This document shows, one piece after another, positions 58,725-64,000 of a stretch of DNA of 64,000 nt. Every line of letters begins with the position of its first letter. The stretch's first letter is position 1. The position numbers were made by a program, and so were the translations under genes. The stretch lies in contig CAYFVP010000141.1 of the NCBI GenBank assembly GCA_964346655.1, positions 5,362-69,361 of the forward strand. The letters run 5' to 3'. Under the pieces are notes generated by a model that saw only the letters and a list, made by a program, of their open reading frames with translations, searched no databases and had not been told where the DNA came from. This DNA is from an uncultured Thermoplasmatales archaeon (GTDB taxonomy: Archaea > Thermoplasmatota > E2 > DHVEG-1).

Positions 58725-59297
58725 ATGAAACAACAAATTAGACTTCTGGGAATTGATGATTCACCATTCACATTTACTGATAAATATGGTATTGTTATTG
58801 GTGTTGTAATGAGGGGCGGGCAATATTTAGAATGCGTTCTTAAAAGACAAATATCAATTGATGGTGATGATGCAACTTTTGTATGTAAAGATATAATAGA
58901 AAAATCCAGACATCGAAAGCAATTAAAAGCAATGCTTTTAGATGGAATTGCGCTTGGCGGATTTAATGTAGTGGATATTGAAAAAATATACAATGATACA
59001 AATTTACCTGTTATTACTATTACCAGAGATGAACCTGATTTTACAAAAATTAAAAAAGCATTACAAAAAAATTTTACAGATTGGAAAAAACGTTTTGATC
59101 TTATGAAAAATGGAAAAATCTACAAAATAAAAACAAAACACAATCCAATTTATGTAAAATGTTCTGGAATTAATATTGAAGAAGCAAAAGAAATAATAAA
59201 GTTATCTACTATACGAGGTGTTATACCTGAGCCTATACGTGTTGCTCATCTAATTGCATCTGGAATTACGAGAGGTGAATCATATGGGAAAGCCTAA
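58725..59297 (+). CDS. DUF99/UPF0215 family protein
   Basis: IRLLGIDDSPF N-terminal signature of DUF99. Confidence 0.55.
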   Translation: MKQQIRLLGIDDSPFTFTDKYGIVIGVVMRGGQYLECVLKRQISIDGDDATFVCKDIIEKSRHRKQLKAMLLDGIALGGFNVVDIEKIYNDTNLPVITITRDEPDFTKIKKALQKNFTDWKKRFDLMKNGKIYKIKTKHNPIYVKCSGINIEEAKEIIKLSTIRGVIPEPIRVAHLIASGITRGESYGKA

Positions 59298-59478
59298 GGC
59301 AAATGTTGATATAAAAAAATGTCTCGCATGTGGAGGATGTATTTCTGTCTGTCCACAAGATGCACTTTCGATGTGTGGTGGAAAAGCCTTTGTTATTGAC
59401 GAAAAATGTATTAGCTGTGCGATTTGTATTAGAGTATGTCCTATTGGAGCTATTTCTGGGGAGGTGATACCTAAATGA
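59284..59478 (+). CDS. 2x[4Fe-4S] ferredoxin
   Basis: Two CxxCxxCxxxCP motifs (CLACGGCISVCP, CISCAICIRVCP); start at the internal Met. Confidence 0.8.
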   Translation: MGKPKANVDIKKCLACGGCISVCPQDALSMCGGKAFVIDEKCISCAICIRVCPIGAISGEVIPK

Positions 59479-60668
59479 AATATGATGTTGTTGTCGTTGG
59501 TTCAGGTCCGGCTGGAACAGTAACTGCTCGATTTGCAGCGGATAATGGAGCAAAAGTTCTAATAATTGATCGTAGACCAGAGGTTGGTGTCCCTGTTCTT
59601 TGTGGTGAAGGAATTAGTAGAAAAATTGATGAATGGGGTATGCTTGAGGGTAAAAGATGGATTGCATATACAATGGAAGGAGCTCGAATATACTCTCCTG
59701 ATGGTACTTGCGTTACTCTTTCTGCAGATATGGCTGGAAATGAAACAGGTTATGTTTTATATCGAGATATTTTTGACCAGGAATTGGCACGTCAAGCAGT
59801 AAAGGCAGGTGCAAAAATAATGATGAATACAAACGCGACTGGACTTATTAAGAAAAATGATAAAATAAAAGGTATAAAAGCAAAACAATTTGATAGCGAA
59901 CTTGAAATTGAATCAGATGTTGTTGTTGGTGCTGATGGAGTGGAATCTAACGTTGGTAAATGGGCAGGAATAAATACTACCTTAAAATTAAGAGACTTAG
60001 AAACTTGCTGTCAATACACTTTTACAAATGTGGATTGTAAGGATGCATTTTGTGATTTTTATCTAGGAAAAGAGATTGCTCCTGGTGGTTATATATGGGT
60101 TTTTCCAAAGGGAAAAGATACTGCAAATGTTGGAATAGGAATTCTTGGAAGTCTAAGTGAGGCAGGTATGGCAAAAAAACTTTTAGATAATTTTATTTCA
60201 AAAAATTCAAGATTTCAAAGTGGACAACCCATTCGTTTTCTTGCTGGAGCTGTACCAGTTGCAAATCCAATAGAGACCGTTAGAGATAATCTTATTTTAA
60301 TAGGAGATGCCGCTAGACAAGTTGATCCAATAACTGGAGGGGGACTTACACATTGTTTAGAAGCAGGAAAAATTGCAGGCTTAACTATTGGAAGGGCAGT
60401 TGATTGCCAAGATTTTAGTAAAGACTTTTTATCCAGTTACGAAACTAAATGGAAAGAAGCTTTTGGAAAAAAAATTAAAAGAAATTATATGGTTAAAGAA
60501 ATCTTACTCGGGTTTGAAGATAAAACACTTAACATGCTTGCTGACTCACTTAAAGATTTCAAATTTGAAGAAATTAGTACTTATTCTCTTATCAAGGCTT
60601 TAGTATTAAAACATCCAACCTTGCTTATGAAATTAAGACCTTTAATGAAGGTTGCAAAAGAAGCATAG
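59475..60668 (+). CDS. geranylgeranyl reductase family flavoprotein (second paralog), translationally coupled to ferredoxin
   Basis: MKYDVVVVGSGPAGTVTARFAA FAD motif; ATGA overlap with the ferredoxin gene. Confidence 0.75.
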   Translation: MKYDVVVVGSGPAGTVTARFAADNGAKVLIIDRRPEVGVPVLCGEGISRKIDEWGMLEGKRWIAYTMEGARIYSPDGTCVTLSADMAGNETGYVLYRDIFDQELARQAVKAGAKIMMNTNATGLIKKNDKIKGIKAKQFDSELEIESDVVVGADGVESNVGKWAGINTTLKLRDLETCCQYTFTNVDCKDAFCDFYLGKEIAPGGYIWVFPKGKDTANVGIGILGSLSEAGMAKKLLDNFISKNSRFQSGQPIRFLAGAVPVANPIETVRDNLILIGDAARQVDPITGGGLTHCLEAGKIAGLTIGRAVDCQDFSKDFLSSYETKWKEAFGKKIKRNYMVKEILLGFEDKTLNMLADSLKDFKFEEISTYSLIKALVLKHPTLLMKLRPLMKVAKEA

Positions 60669-60680
60669 GGAGAAGATAAT

Positions 60681-61493
60681 ATGAAATGGGGCCTGGTCTG
60701 TAATTATCATGTTAAAAAAGTTTGTGCTGTCGCTGGAGATATTTATGATTTTTTAAAGGATAAAGGGGAAATATTTACTGAAGATAATTCTGCAAAAGAA
60801 CTAAAAAAAAGGGGATATTCTTTTAATGAAATCAACAAAAGAGCAGATATTGTTATAACAGTTGGCGGCGATGGAACAATACTAAGGACCTTAACTGAAG
60901 TTGAAAAACCTATTTTTGCTATTAACTCTGGCGGTATGGGTTTTTTAACAGAGGTTGAATCAAAATATGCAATAAATGGTTTAAAAAAAGTAATAGATGG
61001 AAAATATAATATTGAAGAAAGGGCTAAACTAAAAGTATTTGTTGATGGAAAAAGACTTCCTGATGCAGCAAATGAGGTAACTGTTCAAACATCTCGTATT
61101 GCTAAAATAATATACTTACAAATTCTTGTTGAAAACGAATTAATTGAAACCTATGGTGCTGATGGTGTAATTATTGCAACTCCAACTGGTTCTACTAGTT
61201 ATGCACTTAGTGTAGGAGGACCAATACTTGATCCATTAGTAAACGCAATGGTTATTGCCCCTATTGCTCCTTTTAAACTTTCTGCCCGCCCGTGGGTAGT
61301 CCCACTTAAAAAAAGAGTGGGAATAAAATTACTTCATAAAAGTAAGGAATCAAAGATCGTTATTGATGGGGAATCTCCTACATATGTTACTCCAGATAGT
61401 ATAATTGAAATTACTGGTTCTGAGAAAAAAGCGCGTTTTGTTCGCTTTGGTGAATCTTTTTATCAGATGTTTAGACTTAAATTGGTGCGTTAA
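60681..61493 (+). CDS. nadK: NAD kinase
   Basis: GGDGTILR motif and the NE/DGxxxxTxxGSTAYSxSAGGP region (ATPTGSTSYALSVGGP). Confidence 0.85.
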   Translation: MKWGLVCNYHVKKVCAVAGDIYDFLKDKGEIFTEDNSAKELKKRGYSFNEINKRADIVITVGGDGTILRTLTEVEKPIFAINSGGMGFLTEVESKYAINGLKKVIDGKYNIEERAKLKVFVDGKRLPDAANEVTVQTSRIAKIIYLQILVENELIETYGADGVIIATPTGSTSYALSVGGPILDPLVNAMVIAPIAPFKLSARPWVVPLKKRVGIKLLHKSKESKIVIDGESPTYVTPDSIIEITGSEKKARFVRFGESFYQMFRLKLVR

Positions 61494-61497
61494 ATAC

Positions 61498-61911
61498 ATG
61501 GGTATTTTTAAAAAAGAAAAAAAGCACTCAACACCAATAGAATGGAAGATAACAAAGAGGTGTTTGAATCTTATATTGGAATGTGCAAAATCAAGTTTCC
61601 CAAATGAGTTTGGTGGACTTTTAAGAATTGACAAAGAAAAAAAAGATACAATAGTTGAACTTGTAATGATACCTGGAACAATATCAGGTGATGCCCATGC
61701 TATTTTTAGACTTCATATGCTCCCTATAGATTATTCGATAGTTGGAACTATTCATAGTCATCCAAGTTATTCAAACTATCCATCTGATGCAGACATACAA
61801 TTTTTTAGAAAAACAGGTAAAATTCATATAATTGTTGCAAATCCTTTTAATACTAACTCTTGGAAAGCTTATGATTTTAATGGGGATGAAATAAACTTAA
61901 TTGTTATTTAA
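61498..61911 (+). CDS. JAMM/MPN+ family metalloprotease (Mov34-like)
   Basis: E...HSHPSYSNYPSDAD fits the JAMM motif ExnHxHx7Sx2D; start at the internal Met. Confidence 0.7.
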   Translation: MGIFKKEKKHSTPIEWKITKRCLNLILECAKSSFPNEFGGLLRIDKEKKDTIVELVMIPGTISGDAHAIFRLHMLPIDYSIVGTIHSHPSYSNYPSDADIQFFRKTGKIHIIVANPFNTNSWKAYDFNGDEINLIVI

Positions 61912-61955
61912 GACAAGATTTTAAATAACAGACATCTATCCTAGATTGGAGAGAG

Positions 61956-63029
61956 ATGGAAGGCGCACCTATTGATATTATTATATTTGCCCCTTTAGCA
62001 CCTATTCTAGGTTTAATTCTTTTTTGGTTTATCCAGCTAATTTTTATTGAAAGTGAAAAATTTCTTTTAGAAAAAATCAGGCCAAGACATGAACCTTTTT
62101 GTAGATTTACAAATTTTTTAGGAATACTTTTCCAAAATATTAATCATGCATTAGGATACACTGTTACAAAAAGTGGTATATCTGATTTTTATATTAGTGT
62201 AAATTATGGAAAAGTTGCACCTAAAAAAGAGAAAAAGGGAGTTCATGAATGGATATCAAATGCTTTTTTATTTGTTGGACCTTTTTTTATCCCTGCTTTT
62301 TTACTATTAATTGCATTGTTTTTTATGTTAAGTGATGCATTTGTTATTATAACACCTACTGAACTAATGAATCTAAAATACACCTTTGCAGGTCAGTTTA
62401 GTACCTTTGCTGCAAGTCTTCATTCTTTTTCAACACAATTCTTTGGATTTCTGTTTAATTTAGATTTATTACATCCTGCACATTTTGGCTTTTTGTTTTT
62501 CATGATATTTTTGGGAATTGGGATGCGACCTAGTTACATAGGTCAAGAAAAACCTGAAAAAATTGATATGCTGTATGATTTAAAAAATATCTGGAATCTA
62601 ATAAGACATAAACCGTTATATGTTATTATTTTGTTTTTGATTGCATATTTATTCTTCTATTTATCATTTTTTTTAAATCAGAATTGGTATATAGCATTGT
62701 TTTCATTTTTTGGTTGGGTTTCAATAATCTCGATTGTTTCACTGATAATTGCTAATTCAATTTTACTTTTAATTAAAACAACCGATGAAATTCCAGGAGG
62801 CTTTAGAATAATTCCATTTATAACAATTCCAATTTCTTATATATTTATGAGGGTGCTATTTTATTTCTTACCAATAAATTATGTTAATTTTATATCAATA
62901 ATTATTATGATATTTTTAACAGTAATTGTAACATATCTACTATTAAGGTCTAAAACCAATAGATTTAAAACCAAACGAAATATAAAAAAGTTAAAAAAGA
63001 AGGACAAAGGCGAAACCGATGAAGGATGA
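61956..63029 (+). CDS. polytopic membrane protein, function unknown
   Basis: About 8 predicted TM helices; Lys-rich C-terminal tail. Confidence 0.35.
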   Translation: MEGAPIDIIIFAPLAPILGLILFWFIQLIFIESEKFLLEKIRPRHEPFCRFTNFLGILFQNINHALGYTVTKSGISDFYISVNYGKVAPKKEKKGVHEWISNAFLFVGPFFIPAFLLLIALFFMLSDAFVIITPTELMNLKYTFAGQFSTFAASLHSFSTQFFGFLFNLDLLHPAHFGFLFFMIFLGIGMRPSYIGQEKPEKIDMLYDLKNIWNLIRHKPLYVIILFLIAYLFFYLSFFLNQNWYIALFSFFGWVSIISIVSLIIANSILLLIKTTDEIPGGFRIIPFITIPISYIFMRVLFYFLPINYVNFISIIIMIFLTVIVTYLLLRSKTNRFKTKRNIKKLKKKDKGETDEG

Positions 63030-63924
63030 CGATCTATTAAAAGAAGAAAAAAAAGAAATGGTTCTTTCCCCACATCCACTCTCATTTATGAAATATCAAT
63101 CATTAAGTATTTTTTTGGTTATTTGGGGAGTACTCACTGGATGGTTTTTTAATTTTTCAGAATGGAATATTACTTTTTCAGATAATTTATGGCTTTCACT
63201 TTTTTTCTGGGGTATAGGCCTACTTTTAGCAGGTGTAATTGCATCTCTTATAACTATAAGATGGAGTATATTTTTTCTATATGCCTTAATATTTGTAAGC
63301 GGATTAGGAATCATTTTTTGGCAAGGTATACAAGATGCAATTGGGCTTTTTGTTCCTTTTTATACAATCATTATATCAATTGTTGGTTTTTTAATGGTTG
63401 AAGTTTACCGCCGGTCCCATAAGTATATTATTTCAAATCAGCGAATCAAATTCAAAGGAGGCATAGTTACAAAGGAGGAAAGAACACTTCGATATGATAA
63501 AATTTCTGATATTAACGCAAAACAGGGGGTTTTAGGTCAAATATTTGGTTTTGGGACAATAATTCCAATAAGCCAATCTGGTTTTGGGCTTGGAAGCGAT
63601 AAATCTTTTGCTGGCGGTGGTTTACAGGTAGGAGAAAAAAAAGCAAAAATTTTTGGATTTTTTGGAGGAGGCAAAGAAGTTCAAACCCCTAGAACTCAGA
63701 CATACTTTGAACTGCATGGAGTTCATCCCTATAAGAAGGTAAAAAAACTTGTAGAGGAAATGGTGCAAGGAAGCGTTATAACCCAATATCAACAGGAACA
63801 AGTTTCTTTTCAAAAAGAGCAAGTTGATATTCAAAAACAGATGCGAGATCTTTTAAAGATGCAATCAGAAGCAAATAAAGATCAAGAAGAAATTGACAGT
63901 GAAGAGTCTGATAACGAAAAATAA
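63019..63924 (+). CDS. membrane protein with bacterial PH (bPH_2/YdbS-like) domain
   Basis: TM helices followed by SNQRIKFKGGIVTKEERTLRYDKISDINAKQGVLGQIFGFGTI, typical of bPH_2. Confidence 0.55.
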   Translation: MKDDDLLKEEKKEMVLSPHPLSFMKYQSLSIFLVIWGVLTGWFFNFSEWNITFSDNLWLSLFFWGIGLLLAGVIASLITIRWSIFFLYALIFVSGLGIIFWQGIQDAIGLFVPFYTIIISIVGFLMVEVYRRSHKYIISNQRIKFKGGIVTKEERTLRYDKISDINAKQGVLGQIFGFGTIIPISQSGFGLGSDKSFAGGGLQVGEKKAKIFGFFGGGKEVQTPRTQTYFELHGVHPYKKVKKLVEEMVQGSVITQYQQEQVSFQKEQVDIQKQMRDLLKMQSEANKDQEEIDSEESDNEK

Positions 63925-64000
63925 TCTTCAGTTATATTTATAAGATAAAATCCATTTCCAGAAAATCCTATGGTCCCTAAAAGAATCTTTTTTACCAAAG

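Noticed and set aside
1-64000. Searched for CRISPR arrays, reverse transcriptase/DGR components (YxDD), integrase, transposase or prophage signatures
   Set aside because: No direct-repeat array, no RT motif and no recombinase-like ORF were seen. The only mobile elements supported are the three NrdD inteins.

Overview
Low-GC (about 30% by eye), gene-dense window that looks like an archaeal chromosome, probably from a small-genome or DPANN-like lineage. The archaeal markers are deoxyhypusine synthase, NucS, archaeal Pth2, GGGP synthase, two geranylgeranyl reductases, the AglB oligosaccharyltransferase, a split GuaA, an archaemetzincin and a PGF-CTERM sorting signal. Coding runs on both strands with short, often ATGA-type gene overlaps. 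I could not support any rRNA, canonical tRNA, CRISPR array, reverse transcriptase, integrase or transposase from the sequence.

The main features are:
- An anaerobic ribonucleotide reductase operon nrdR-nrdD-nrdG-orf145 followed by trxB. NrdD is interrupted by three LAGLIDADG inteins, so the ORF is 2157 aa for roughly 716 aa of extein. Two tandem NrdR boxes sit upstream of nrdR.
- The best candidate for something new is a compact operon at 23.3-27.6 kb: radical SAM enzyme, a 40-aa Lys-rich small ORF, an Hjc-like PD-(D/E)xK nuclease-HTH protein, two more PflA/NrdG-like radical SAM enzymes, and an archaemetzincin. A lone AMMECR1 gene lies 20 kb away.
- Other notable items are a HypA / unknown / Mrp-type ATPase operon, an NAD-epimerase gene broken by a frameshift at an A7/T7 homopolymer, and a UbiX-GGGPS-GGR-ferredoxin lipid gene set.
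- There are many secreted repeat proteins (SBBP, PKD, BNR, Spondin_N, DUF4382), one PGF-CTERM archaeosortase substrate, a T4 endoV-like pyrimidine-dimer glycosylase, and several small candidate regulatory or RNA elements.
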